From assembly GCA_041665345.1 (NCBI GenBank), contig JBAYJA010000002.1, forward strand, positions 97,252 through 161,251: a stretch of 64,000 nt of DNA, read 5' to 3'. The stretch is from Patescibacteria group bacterium. GTDB lineage: Bacteria; Patescibacteriota; Patescibacteriia; PEXW01. Made by a program: the position numbers and the translations under genes. Below, piece by piece: positions 1 through 9,981 of the stretch. Each line of letters opens with the position of its first letter. The first letter of the stretch is position 1. The notes beneath the pieces were generated by a model. The model was not told where the DNA came from, searched no databases, and saw only the letters and a list, made by a program, of their open reading frames with translations.

Positions 1-298
1 GCGCTTTTTTGTGCAAGTCGCACATGAACAGCGAATCGATCTGCCGGGCGATCGTCGGTTCGAATCTGAGCCGGGTATTCACCTCCCGAGCGGCCAGAGT
101 GTACTTTTCCTGCATGCCGAAGATTACCGCAAACACACTGTCGGCCTTCGCCTGCAAAGACACTTCTGGTGTTTCTATTCGCTTGCTGTAGCCGTTCGAC
201 AACAGGCTGCAAAGAAGAATCGTTGCCATCGTGAGAATAAACCAAATGGGCGGGCAACTCCTTGCTAGCGTTGTGGATTTGGGTGACTCTACTTTCAT
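1..298 (-). CDS. Hypothetical exported/membrane protein, runs off left edge (array gene; not in ORF track)
   Basis: AGGAGG RBS then ATG at 298; open frame MKVESPKSTTLARSCPPIWFILTMATILLCSLL... continues to the window edge. Confidence 0.75.
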   Translation of the reverse strand, partial: MKVESPKSTTLARSCPPIWFILTMATILLCSLLSNGYSKRIETPEVSLQAKADSVFAVIFGMQEKYTLAAREVNTRLRFEPTIARQIDSLFMCDLHKKA

Positions 299-405
299 GT
301 ATCCTCCTAAAGTTTCTGTGTTTCTTCCTCAACCTCAACTCATTCAGTATGAACGAATTGAGGAAAGGAGGCGAGCAAACGAAAGGTCTGCTCGCCCCAA
401 AAAAG

Positions 406-1782
406 CTACGATTTACTAAAACCAAAAAGGACGAAGGCGATAGTTAAACAACCAATGTACAGGAGGTAACTTTTTCGCCGTTGCTGGTAGTCTAATGCTC
501 GCCAATCGTATTCGCTCGCACGTTCCTTACGGAGTTTGAATTCCGTAAGCATGAGCGACCAAAAGTATACCAACAGCAAGAAGAAAAATCCAGTCTTGAA
601 AATGAAATTCACGACCCCGCCAAAACCAAAAACAAAAATTCCGAGACGGATAACGAATTCTTTTCGAGCCACGCGTGGCGTACTCTGCAGAAGTTTCCGA
701 ATAAATCGTCCTCCATCCAAAAACCCAAGCGGGATAAGGTTGATGAGTATGATCCAGCCATTGAGCAGCAGAATAATCTGAAACTCGCTGACCGTGAATT
801 GCTGGAGGAGAGTAAGCGCGCAGGATATTCCAACGAAAACGAACTGACCGTACACGCCGGCGAGGAAGATGTGCATTTGCTCGTACCAAGGAAGTTCTTC
901 TACTTGCGCTTCAATTTTCTTTGAGAAGATTACACCACCGATGAGTGGCGTGAAGACCATTAGACAGTACATACGGTGCCGCGCCATTGCAAGCCAATGT
1001 CCCATTTCATGGACCAGGAGAATGACAAAGAGCACCGCCGCTGCAAACGAAGCATTTTCAAACGGGAGTAAGTAACTTCGCATTGCATAAATACCAAACC
1101 AGGTTACTACGGCAGACCCAATAGCTAGCACGGGGTAGCCAATTTTCCTCGCGATCGCTCCTTTACCACGGCCCCTTAGCTGTTCAACAATTTTTTGGAT
1201 TGGATCCTCATCCATTACCCAGAAATAGTAGAGCAGGCCTAGCCAGCCATGGGCAATCCCAAATGCAATGAGATTTGGTTCATGTTGGTAGAGCAGGGAG
1301 AAGATGAATCCCAGAACAACCGTCGCCGGCATGAGCCAGCGGTTCGGGACATGTAGCAGCATAAATGCAATCGCTGTCACAATAGCGATGGGGATTGGCG
1401 ACCATCCTAAGCTAGTCATCTTCATGTTTAGGTAGCCCAGAATGAGAAACTGCTGCGCAAACCCGAAGAGCGGGTAGAGCAGAGCGCTTATGGTCATGTG
1501 GCTATTCCATTTAAGTGTTCTCGGGGTGCGGAGTGCTGCGAAGAGCAGCATAATAATAACCCCGACAACCATTAGCAGGATTACCGGTCGGATCCCAGCA
1601 AACCAGTCATCCGTACGGATGCCAAGCTGTGGCCAGGAAAGTCCGGAGGCTACTTGACTATAGCCGAACCAACCTACGACCAGGACGAGTATTCCCACTT
1701 TGACCACGATTTTTTCCTTCAGTGCTGAAGGAAGGCATGCGTAGACCAGCAGACCCACAAAAACGACGATCAACTCGATCAC
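406..1782 (-). CDS. Fusion of a CPBP/Abi (CAAX protease-like) membrane domain and an M50 site-2 protease
   Basis: N-half has CPBP-like FxxxH (FMLLHVPN) and HxxxG motifs, with QQ where EE is expected; C-half has HEMGH and NLIPLGFLDGG M50 motifs; GTG start with GAGG RBS. Confidence 0.7.
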   Translation of the reverse strand: MIELIVVFVGLLVYACLPSALKEKIVVKVGILVLVVGWFGYSQVASGLSWPQLGIRTDDWFAGIRPVILLMVVGVIIMLLFAALRTPRTLKWNSHMTISALLYPLFGFAQQFLILGYLNMKMTSLGWSPIPIAIVTAIAFMLLHVPNRWLMPATVVLGFIFSLLYQHEPNLIAFGIAHGWLGLLYYFWVMDEDPIQKIVEQLRGRGKGAIARKIGYPVLAIGSAVVTWFGIYAMRSYLLPFENASFAAAVLFVILLVHEMGHWLAMARHRMYCLMVFTPLIGGVIFSKKIEAQVEELPWYEQMHIFLAGVYGQFVFVGISCALTLLQQFTVSEFQIILLLNGWIILINLIPLGFLDGGRFIRKLLQSTPRVARKEFVIRLGIFVFGFGGVVNFIFKTGFFFLLLVYFWSLMLTEFKLRKERASEYDWRALDYQQRRKSYLLYIGCLTIAFVLFGFSKS

Positions 1783-1917
1783 TTTCTACCTCACTTTGTT
1801 TGTGTTTATTCTCCTTTCCACAGCACAAGATTGTTCTGCGTTGGAAAGGAGAGACAGGTCAGAAATATTCCAACCTGTCATCTTTGAAAGAGCGAAGCGA
1901 GTGTAATTGTCCCGCGT

Positions 1918-3402
1918 TTACTGCTGTTTTGTGATGCGGATTAGTCGGCGTGTTATATAGTAGTACACCTGCCGGCCGGTTCCACGAACGACAATGGAAA
2001 GCAGATACTTTCCGGTTTGCAGTTTTTTGGGTAACGTGATTTTCAGCTGTAGCGTTACATCCATTTGTGTGGCGGTGCGTTTTTCCCGCAGTAAGGTTTT
2101 GGCTTTCACCCCGGTGGGTTCGTCCTTTCCTTGCTCCATCACCGCCGGCATTGTCTGTTGCCACATCCCGCTTGGGTAGGGCTGGTTCAGGCTGTCCGCA
2201 ACCACGTAGGGTTGGCCAGTGATGATTGAACCTGGTGTGGTATTGGAAACGTCTGGCAGGCGTAGCAACGTTGCTCTTACCTCAAAAGTTCCTGTGTCAG
2301 GGAGCTTTACCTCAGCGTAGAGTGGTAAAATCGTACCAGGCGTAAACCAGGCTTCGGGGTTGTTGTACAGATTGGTACTGTCTCGGACAATGCCCGGCAG
2401 TACGTTGCCACCCATAGCGCTGCTTGACTGCAGGATGAGCACGTCGCTCAGGTGGTTTTTGACTGGAATGAGAATATCAAGCCAGAGGTTACCCACATTG
2501 AGGCTATGCCCAGCCACTGTAAGTCGTGCGTGGTAGTGGCCCGGTGGAATGTCCGTCAGCCGCAAGCACCCCATTGCTCGGATCAAGTGGCGATCCTGGC
2601 GCTGCGTTGCCTGAAGAAGGCCACGCAACATTTGGAGATTTGCGGTTGTACTGTCTGCACATATTTCATTTGCTTGCAGACTGTCGAAGAGCTGAACGCG
2701 CATGGTGAGCGTGCCAGCTTCCAGAGTGAGACCAGTGAACTGATTCCCCGGAACCCAGACCGTGAACCACGCCTCCGTACTTCCATCTGGCGACGGAAAT
2801 CTGGAAACTTGGACAAACGGCCACATTGGATACGCTGTGGGAAATCCTTCATCCATTGGAATGATTCTGGTTGGGTAGTGTTCGCCAGCTTTTGACTGAC
2901 AAGCAATCTCCAACCCTTGGCGCATTGTGGCTGTTGACCGCCAGATGTAAGTCCAGATTGAGCAGGTGTCATGACCGTTGGCACAAGTGCCAGGAACGAT
3001 GAGGACATTGCTCGGTAGTCCATTGATGATAAATAGTGCCCAACGCACGTCAGGCTCAACTGCATCAATGGACGTACCAAAGTAGTTGCTCTGCGCTGCT
3101 CCTTTGCAGGCGGCAAGAGTCTGCTGGACTTCCTGCCAACGCTCAGGGTGGTCTGCTGCCCACGCGTCAACACGTTCTTGGAAGTGCCGGAGGTCTGGCA
3201 TTTTTACCAAAACCTTCTTTACAAACTTCGCATCAAGAATTTGGAAGAGTGTATACATCTCTCTGACGTATGCATCTTGTATCGAATCCTGTACTGCAAA
3301 GCTTTTCACGCCAAACTTTTGTAATGGATGAAATTGCTGTGCTTGGCAAACATGCGTCATGCCAAGAATAAGCAAAGCCATGCCAAGGCATTTCGCTACC
3401 AT
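1918..3402 (-). CDS. Exported protein, GWxTD-like region plus beta-rich C-terminal domains
   Basis: Signal peptide (AQQ cleavage); D.R...FI..G.P....IWTY segment resembles GWxTD-domain proteins; AGGAGG RBS. Confidence 0.5.
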   Translation of the reverse strand: MVAKCLGMALLILGMTHVCQAQQFHPLQKFGVKSFAVQDSIQDAYVREMYTLFQILDAKFVKKVLVKMPDLRHFQERVDAWAADHPERWQEVQQTLAACKGAAQSNYFGTSIDAVEPDVRWALFIINGLPSNVLIVPGTCANGHDTCSIWTYIWRSTATMRQGLEIACQSKAGEHYPTRIIPMDEGFPTAYPMWPFVQVSRFPSPDGSTEAWFTVWVPGNQFTGLTLEAGTLTMRVQLFDSLQANEICADSTTANLQMLRGLLQATQRQDRHLIRAMGCLRLTDIPPGHYHARLTVAGHSLNVGNLWLDILIPVKNHLSDVLILQSSSAMGGNVLPGIVRDSTNLYNNPEAWFTPGTILPLYAEVKLPDTGTFEVRATLLRLPDVSNTTPGSIITGQPYVVADSLNQPYPSGMWQQTMPAVMEQGKDEPTGVKAKTLLREKRTATQMDVTLQLKITLPKKLQTGKYLLSIVVRGTGRQVYYYITRRLIRITKQQ

Positions 3403-3545
3403 CGTAGCCTCCTTTTGTGTTTTTGTTCTTTTTCAAAACATAGAGTTACCTTCTATGCTTTGAAAAAGAGGCGAGTGCTGGGATGGACCAGACACTCGTC
3501 CTCGAAGAGCGAATTTTTGTGCTGCGCACCTTTTTGAAGACTGAC

Positions 3546-3995
3546 CTATTCTAGATCATTCAGGATAACGAAAATTTTTCCTCTTTCGTCAATTCTGATT
3601 TCATCCATGGCCGGGTCATCATCCAGGTTTGCTTGCGCTCCCGCGACAAAAGTTTCGCCATTGTCTTTCGACGAAATGCAGAACATGTACGGGCTGTCGT
3701 TTGGGATCTGTACTTCTTGTGTTGGCTCGGATCCTGAACGGGGCTCCAGAGCAAGTGTGGGGATGCTACTATCGGCGCAAACGGTTGCAAAATCAGAACC
3801 GTAGTAGTAACCATGCTGTGTCTTGAAATCTTCTTGCGCCTTATATATTTGCATAAGGCACGCTTTGGCTTCTCTCTGCGGTGTGTGAACAATTATTGGA
3901 ATGATCAAGGTTGCTAAGATGCCGATGATGACAACGACGATCATGAGTTCGATGAGGGTGAACCCACCCTGGTTTTTGGTAATGTGATTGCTCAC
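3546..3995 (-). CDS. Type IV pilin-like protein
   Basis: Class III signal peptide QGG|FTLIELMIVVVIIGILA; C-terminal ANLDDD motif. Confidence 0.9.
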   Translation of the reverse strand: MSNHITKNQGGFTLIELMIVVVIIGILATLIIPIIVHTPQREAKACLMQIYKAQEDFKTQHGYYYGSDFATVCADSSIPTLALEPRSGSEPTQEVQIPNDSPYMFCISSKDNGETFVAGAQANLDDDPAMDEIRIDERGKIFVILNDLE

Positions 3996-4042
3996 GCAAT
4001 CTCCTTTCGATTTTGGGTTATTGGTTTTGAATGACGTTAATA

Positions 4043-4666
4043 CTACAGGCCGCAGAAAATTCGTTCTGCATGGAGCCCGTTATTCCAGCTCCAGTACGTG
4101 CAGACTGCGAGGCCGACAATTTGGTCATTGGGAATTGCACCCAAGTATCGGCTGTCGAAGGAATCGTCACGGTTGTCGCCCATCACAAAAAAGTGATCAT
4201 TGGGTACGACGTAGGGACCAAAGAAGTCCCGAGGGGAATTTTGCTTGGGGTAAGTCTTGGTGTCCCCATGCACTGCCTGCGGAGGCAGCGGGATAAAGAC
4301 GTTATTGACGAATAGGTCTTTATTTCGTACTTCCACCGTGTCCCCAGCAAGGGCGACGCAGCGTTTCACAAAGTCCGTGTTGCGTTCCGGCACGTGGAAG
4401 ACCACAATGTCATCGACTGCTAATGTACCCAGCTTGTAAACAATGATAAAGTCACCGGTTTGCAAGGTTGGGGTCATTGAGTCGCTGCTGATTCGAGACG
4501 CTTGCGCGCAGTACACTCGACTAAGTGTCGCAACCACAACTCCAATTACCAGCCAAAGGCAAACGGGTTTCCACCAATTCTGTACAAATTGGAGGAATTT
4601 TGTGGTTTTGATTCTCGCTCGACCGCTTTCATATGGAGCAGTCCCTCGGGTTATTTTTTTTTCCAT
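4043..4666 (-). CDS. lepB: Signal peptidase I
   Basis: SDSMTPTL (catalytic Ser), DFVKRC (catalytic Lys), FVMGDNRDDSFDSRY box E. Confidence 0.92.
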   Translation of the reverse strand: MEKKITRGTAPYESGRARIKTTKFLQFVQNWWKPVCLWLVIGVVVATLSRVYCAQASRISSDSMTPTLQTGDFIIVYKLGTLAVDDIVVFHVPERNTDFVKRCVALAGDTVEVRNKDLFVNNVFIPLPPQAVHGDTKTYPKQNSPRDFFGPYVVPNDHFFVMGDNRDDSFDSRYLGAIPNDQIVGLAVCTYWSWNNGLHAERIFCGL

Positions 4667-4777
4667 TTTCCAACCTCCATTTTTTCATTTTTTTCTTTTT
4701 CTCAAACCAGGAATGCTCATGGGTTGGGAAAAGGGGAGGAAACACTTAGGTTTCCTCCAGAAGTGCGCTCTGCTTTC

Positions 4778-4906
4778 TTACTTGCTCACCCGGCAAGCAT
4801 GAAAAAGCGGTGCGAGCACAGCACCTGGCAGCGTTGCCGGTAGGCAGCCGACTACCAAAATTCCGGCGAAAAGGTACATGACGAAGTTGCTGAAAAATTT
4901 CAACAT
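4778..4906 (-). CDS. 42-aa hydrophobic peptide (not in ORF track)
   Basis: AGGAGGA RBS, ATG at 4906, MLKFFSNFVMYLFAGILVVGCLPATLPGAVLAPLFHACRVSK*; fills the slot between two hairpin elements exactly. Confidence 0.7.
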   Translation of the reverse strand: MLKFFSNFVMYLFAGILVVGCLPATLPGAVLAPLFHACRVSK

Positions 4907-5008
4907 TAGCTCCTCCTGATTGATGTTTTTTCTCTTTCCTCAGCCCACAGTATGGGCTAAGGAAAGAGGTAGACTTCGGGTGAAGCTGTCTACCAAAGCT
5001 TACTGAAA

Positions 5009-5269
5009 TTACCAACGATCCATTTTTGGGATCGGGACGTACGGGATGCACCCTGCGGTGGAAAGTTGGTACTTCCCGTCCTGCAGAATGCAGGATGAGC
5101 GAAAGCCACCAGAGGCTTCGTTGAGAACGACAACGTGAAGGCCTGATTTTGTAGTATTGCGCAGTTCAAAGATGAAATGCGGAATAGTAATTTTTTCTCC
5201 AATGCGCACTGGTTTGCCGTCACATTCGACTTTGCCGGATTTCACCGTAATGAACTTTACTCTGTCCAT
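5009..5269 (-). CDS. Hypothetical protein (array gene)
   Basis: GGAGGT RBS; flanked by hairpin elements. Confidence 0.75.
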   Translation of the reverse strand: MDRVKFITVKSGKVECDGKPVRIGEKITIPHFIFELRNTTKSGLHVVVLNEASGGFRSSCILQDGKYQLSTAGCIPYVPIPKMDRW

Positions 5270-5392
5270 GTCTAACCTCCGATTTGTGTTTTTTTCTCTT
5301 CCTCAATCCTCGAATTTACTCGAATGCTGGGGAAGAGAGGCAGATGGTTAGTCTGCCTCTGGAAAATTCTAAATGAGCATTATGACCATTCA

Positions 5393-5968
5393 TTACACAA
5401 TGGCCGGTGACAGTTCCTTTCCGACTTCCGGGGCATCGTCTTGAGGACTGCTATCCACCAGAAGTGAGATACTTCTGCCAGCAAACAGCGCTACTGCGCC
5501 AAACCCAATGATTATGAGGAGCATGTTTAATTCCATTGGAAACATATTGAAGAATAGGTCCGAGGCTGTTTCAATGAAACACGCCCAATGAGCTACTCCG
5601 ATGATGCTGCAGTAGAAAATTGCAAAACCAATTATCCGCTGAAGTTCTTTACTGTTGATTTTGAACTTCCTGGCCGTCAGACCACATGCAAGCAGTCCTA
5701 CGGTCATGGCCAAAAACTGCCAAACCGTCGATGTGTAACTTTCCGTACGATCATGCGCGCGTAGAAAGTAGTCGCCGTTCGGTGCCTGATAGACTTGGTC
5801 GATCTGGTGGCGAAGACCTAGCACGCGGATTAAGCTCAATTGTTCAGTTTGCATGCCTGGAAAGTGCTGAATCTTGAACGTTTCATTCTCAGCCGGAAAT
5901 ACCATATAAAACATGGTAATCAGGCTGAATGCAAATACGATTGCAAGGGTGGTCATGAAGATTTTCAT
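5393..5968 (-). CDS. Hypothetical multi-pass membrane protein (array gene)
   Basis: About 4 hydrophobic segments; GAAAGGA RBS. Confidence 0.8.
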   Translation of the reverse strand: MKIFMTTLAIVFAFSLITMFYMVFPAENETFKIQHFPGMQTEQLSLIRVLGLRHQIDQVYQAPNGDYFLRAHDRTESYTSTVWQFLAMTVGLLACGLTARKFKINSKELQRIIGFAIFYCSIIGVAHWACFIETASDLFFNMFPMELNMLLIIIGFGAVALFAGRSISLLVDSSPQDDAPEVGKELSPAIV

Positions 5969-6155
5969 TTTTCTGTCCTTTCAGATATGTATTTTATTCG
6001 TTTTTTCTCTTTCCTCAGCCCACAGCATGAGCTAAGGAAAGAGGTAGACTTCGGGTGAAGCTGTCTACCAAAGCTTGTAATGTGCAAATTGGGTTTTAGT
6101 CCCCTCTGTCACCGAAAGCGTAGCAAAGTTTGTTTCATTTTCGCCACGACAGTTG

Positions 6156-6560
6156 CTAAATGGTTCTTTGCGGTTGCTCGTCAAGCGCTGGCCAGGGAAA
6201 TCCGCCAAGAGTATAAAATTTGGCGATGACGAAAGGTCTTGAGGTCCCTCGGTCGATGAGGTTCCCAGTCTCGATTGACGTATGATAATCGTAGTACGTT
6301 TCTTCGTACACCAGGGAATCGACGAAAAGCGTGTCGGGCTTTCTCTGCTCAAAGTGGTAATCAATAGGGACCCAGCTCACGGTAAAGGGTCTCGGGGGCT
6401 CGTATGCCTTGCCGGTACTGCGATCGACCAATACATCACACACGGTGATCGAATGCTGTTCGACCTTCATTCTGGGGTAGAGGTATCCCTGATCCCAGGC
6501 ATACCAAGTGGTAAGGGCAACCATTACCACCACGATAATAATGTTTACGACGTTTCGCAT
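6156..6560 (-). CDS. N-terminally anchored protein, paralog of 7152-7787
   Basis: Shares WYAWDQGYLYPR, PDTxxVD and IAxFxT motifs with 7152-7787. Confidence 0.8.
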   Translation of the reverse strand: MRNVVNIIIVVVMVALTTWYAWDQGYLYPRMKVEQHSITVCDVLVDRSTGKAYEPPRPFTVSWVPIDYHFEQRKPDTLFVDSLVYEETYYDYHTSIETGNLIDRGTSRPFVIAKFYTLGGFPWPALDEQPQRTI

Positions 6561-6665
6561 TTTTTATCCTTTCAAATAAGTGATTTACGTTTTTTTCTTT
6601 TCCTCACTAATTGATTATTCAAAAGTTGAGGAAAAGAGGCGAGTGAATGGTTCACTCGCCGGTGA

Positions 6666-6953
6666 TCAGCGTAGCCACATAATGGACAGGATCAGACTCA
6701 GCAGCCCGATGATGGTAAAGGTGATGATGAGCCAGATTGGGGTCTTGCCCTGTGGATTTTTGGGTAGTTGCGCCAGGATTTTGTGGCGCAACTTTTGTGC
6801 AGCGGGGAAGTCGATACTCAGAATTCCAATGCCAGCGAGCAGCACCAGAATGCCCGGACCTGGGCCAATGAGCATCACCAGGCCGGCAATGGTGACCACC
6901 AAGCCAGCTAAGATGCGCCCGACTTTCAGCGCTGCAGTCCAGACTCTTTTCAC
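6666..6953 (-). CDS. PGPGW-family small membrane protein
   Basis: GLVMLIGPGPGILVLLAGIGILSIDFPAA matches the PGPGW pattern; GTG start with GGGAGG. Confidence 0.75.
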   Translation of the reverse strand: MKRVWTAALKVGRILAGLVVTIAGLVMLIGPGPGILVLLAGIGILSIDFPAAQKLRHKILAQLPKNPQGKTPIWLIITFTIIGLLSLILSIMWLR

Positions 6954-7151
6954 GGTGCCTCCCTGTTGGTTTTCAGTTTAGGTTCCTTTTCCAGAGCACG
7001 ATACCATATGCTCGTACGCTAGAAAAGAGAGGGGTGGTCCAGCCGGCCACCCCAACAATTATGTTCAAAATGTACTTTGCAAAATTCCTCCTGGTAATTT
7101 TTCGCCACGGAGATCTATGCTCCACGACCAGGCCGACACAGTCCTGGGCGG

Positions 7152-7787
7152 TTACTCGTTATCGTTGCCGTTTGACTCATCCTCTTCCTGTTCACGTCGT
7201 ACTCGGGAGATTGCGATCGGTATGAGTAGTAGAAGTGGAACAGATCCTAGGGCCAGTGACGGGCTGCCAGAGTATTTATACTTCGGATCGAAGAATAAAT
7301 CCCCACCATTTGAGCACCCGACCCCCATAAGTAGGGCACTCTCAAGGGAAGTTGAATCAAACCAACTTTCTTTTGAAAGGCCAGTGGTCATTCCAAGGTC
7401 AGGAGATGAGTTCATAGGTTCAATTTTCCTGCCTAAGCATGTATGGAACTCAGCAATTGTGATCGCCTTGGTACTCCCGTTGACATGCAGGAGGCCATTT
7501 ATGAAATCCGCGTGTTCCGAGTAACCGTAGTCTTTCACATATTGGATTGTATCGACGTACACGGTGTCAGGAGTACCGCTATCAATCCTAAATAATGAAA
7601 TGAACGGAAATGGATCAAGAAAAGGTTGATAGGTTGCCCCGGTGTTCTTTTCGACGATGATGGCACTGTGGTGCCAGAATTTGCCAGTCTCCTCGAATCT
7701 GGGATAAAGGTACCCCTGATCCCAGGCGTACCAAACGCCAAATGTCAGAAAGATGGCAACAAGACCGATGTTGATGATTGTTCTCAC
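7152..7787 (-). CDS. N-terminally anchored protein, paralog of 6156-6560 (start revised to GTG 7787)
   Basis: GAGGAGGA RBS before the GTG; N-terminus aligns with the paralog; extra C-terminal TM helix. Confidence 0.8.
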   Translation of the reverse strand: MRTIINIGLVAIFLTFGVWYAWDQGYLYPRFEETGKFWHHSAIIVEKNTGATYQPFLDPFPFISLFRIDSGTPDTVYVDTIQYVKDYGYSEHADFINGLLHVNGSTKAITIAEFHTCLGRKIEPMNSSPDLGMTTGLSKESWFDSTSLESALLMGVGCSNGGDLFFDPKYKYSGSPSLALGSVPLLLLIPIAISRVRREQEEDESNGNDNE

Positions 7788-8003
7788 TTTTTCCTCCTCA
7801 GGAAGTTTTTGTTTACTAAATGTGTGTTTCTCTTTCCCAATCCACAATCTCTTGCGGCCTAGGAAAGAGAGGGGTGTATGACAGCCAAACCACCCCTCTA
7901 ACAATTATGTTACAAATGTACTTTCAAAATTCCTCCCGGTTGATTTTTCGTATGGAGATCTATGCTCCACGACTGGCACGACACACGCCAGCCGATTATT
8001 CAC

Positions 8004-8282
8004 CTATGCCCGTGTCTGGTCTTGGTGCAAGCGTTTTCCCCACCATTCGAAAAGAAGTCCAAGCAGGATTGCTAATCCTGCAGAAGCAAAGAATGTCTGC
8101 AGAATTTCGACTACGCTGATCCCGGTTCCTTTGTTCGTTGTGAGATCGAGAACAATGCCAATCAGGAGCGCGGTTGTCCCGATGATTTTTTGACTCAGAT
8201 TTGAGACGCTGTATAGTCTCAATATGATGATTGCCAAGAATCCCACTACGAAGCTGAAAGTTAAACTAAATACAGTGGACAT
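8004..8282 (-). CDS. Small 3-TM membrane protein (array gene)
   Basis: AAGGAGG RBS; hydrophobic. Confidence 0.8.
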   Translation of the reverse strand: MSTVFSLTFSFVVGFLAIIILRLYSVSNLSQKIIGTTALLIGIVLDLTTNKGTGISVVEILQTFFASAGLAILLGLLFEWWGKRLHQDQTRA

Positions 8283-8434
8283 GTGTCCTCCTTGTGAATA
8301 TTGTGGTTAAATTGTTTTTTCTCAACTGCAAAACAGAATTTTCATTCTGTTCTCTAGTCGAGGGGCAGCATATTAGAAGCTGCCCAACGAAGGTGCGAAA
8401 CTTTAGTCGACGGATAGTTATGAGTTTCTTCGAG

Positions 8435-9058
8435 TCATCTCCTCGGAAGAAGTTCACAATTACCGTCTTGAAATGCTAATACGTTTGTCAAACCCCCAGA
8501 TGGTTTGACCAAGATAGTTCGCTCATCATTTTTGCACGTTGGGTCTGGGACACTGCAACTAAATAATTTAAAATCTTCTGGCCCCTTTGGAAAGGTCGAA
8601 TCTTTGGCCGTTTCTTCATCGAGAATGACGAACAATACGTCCACTTGATCATCATGATTAAATTGTCCATGAATTTCCAGGTCGACGTTTTTCAAAACGT
8701 ATACGTTGCCCTCGGGGCAAAGCAATTTTGCTCCGTAGTAGCTTCTATCAAGAGTGGCGGTATATCCCCAGCATATTTTCTGCGGTAGGCCAATCTGGTA
8801 GAGCTCAGCGGCGCCTCCGAAGGAGATGCTATACATTGTTTGGCGATAAAGGTATTCCCTGGCATATTGCCAAACACTGTCCGGAACGCAGTTCAGCTCA
8901 ACATTCAGCGAGTCAGAAATTTGTTTTAGTTTCTGTTCCAGAATTTTTTCTTCATTCGCGACCACTTGCGCCTGTATCGTCGGCATCAGCGCCAACGAAT
9001 TCACCATGACGAACATGGCGACGAGGATTGCGAAGGTAATCAATCTTTTCATTTTCAC
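8435..9058 (-). CDS. Exported hypothetical protein (array gene)
   Basis: Signal peptide; AAGGAG RBS. Confidence 0.8.
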   Translation of the reverse strand: MKMKRLITFAILVAMFVMVNSLALMPTIQAQVVANEEKILEQKLKQISDSLNVELNCVPDSVWQYAREYLYRQTMYSISFGGAAELYQIGLPQKICWGYTATLDRSYYGAKLLCPEGNVYVLKNVDLEIHGQFNHDDQVDVLFVILDEETAKDSTFPKGPEDFKLFSCSVPDPTCKNDERTILVKPSGGLTNVLAFQDGNCELLPRR

Positions 9059-9170
9059 TCCTTGTTCTTAGTTTTTATGATTGTTTGTTTCTCGACTTCA
9101 GTCCAGAATCAGTATTCTGCACTCAAGTCGAGGGGCAGCATTTTTTTTAGTGCTGCCCGACGAAAGGACA

Positions 9171-9731
9171 TTAGCCAGCAAGCGCTTGCTGCTGGATATT
9201 CACCGGCACATTGGGCACGGTGAAATAATGGTCGTGCGTAAGGAAAGAGATTCCCCTCACCCAGATTCGTACCGTTCCAGTACCAGGATTGCTGGATAGT
9301 CTTCTTTCGAAGATACCTGTTCCTGTCTGCAGTTCGAAATGGAGAGGCAGACTTTCGTTCTCAGATGCGTCAAGCACCATGTCGAACGAGGCGCTCTCCA
9401 TCCCGACTTCCATGAGGTAGTCGGTGATTTCTTGTTCGAGACCCTTAATGTATTGACGTTGTTTTTCGTGGGTCTCTTCCCGTTGCTTTCGGAACTCCTC
9501 GGCTTTGTCAGGGCCACCTATGACTCTGCCGAGCCAGTAGCCGCTAAAGACCGATTCGCCTGGAACCTTTTTTGTGATTTCAACCAGGTAAAAACCCGGT
9601 TGAGTAAAGGTCACCAAGTGTTTCGCATTTCGATCTGCGAACACCAGCGGACCTCTCATTTCAGGGTGGCCAATAACTCTGCCGTCCCATTCATCCTTGT
9701 GGAAATCCACGAGAATAATCTCAGTACTCAT
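9171..9731 (-). CDS. Hypothetical protein (start revised to ATG 9731)
   Basis: GGAGG RBS 4 nt before the ATG of MSTEIILVDFH. Confidence 0.75.
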   Translation of the reverse strand: MSTEIILVDFHKDEWDGRVIGHPEMRGPLVFADRNAKHLVTFTQPGFYLVEITKKVPGESVFSGYWLGRVIGGPDKAEEFRKQREETHEKQRQYIKGLEQEITDYLMEVGMESASFDMVLDASENESLPLHFELQTGTGIFERRLSSNPGTGTVRIWVRGISFLTHDHYFTVPNVPVNIQQQALAG

Positions 9732-9981
9732 ACTTCCTCCGAATAATTTGTTGTTTCTTTCTCTTCTCACAGCGAGCCAGGTCTACGCAATCCCGCACAA
9801 CCCTGGAGAGAGGGAAGGAAGCGGCATGACGCAGAACCTGACTCAGTGTGAGGAGAGAAGGGAAGCCGTAAGCTGTAGAGCTGTAAGCCGTAAGGTCTGC
9901 AAGATGTACAGTATGCTTTACAGTAAAGGAGTTCCTTCTTCAGTAAAAAAGCGTTTTTATACTAGAGAAGAAGGGAGATGG

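Noticed and set aside
7788-7904. N-terminal extensions given by the ORF track (also 9732-9770, 13062-13094, 13358-13441, 13704-13787)
   Set aside because: They run through the hairpin elements or linkers; strong SD sequences mark the downstream starts
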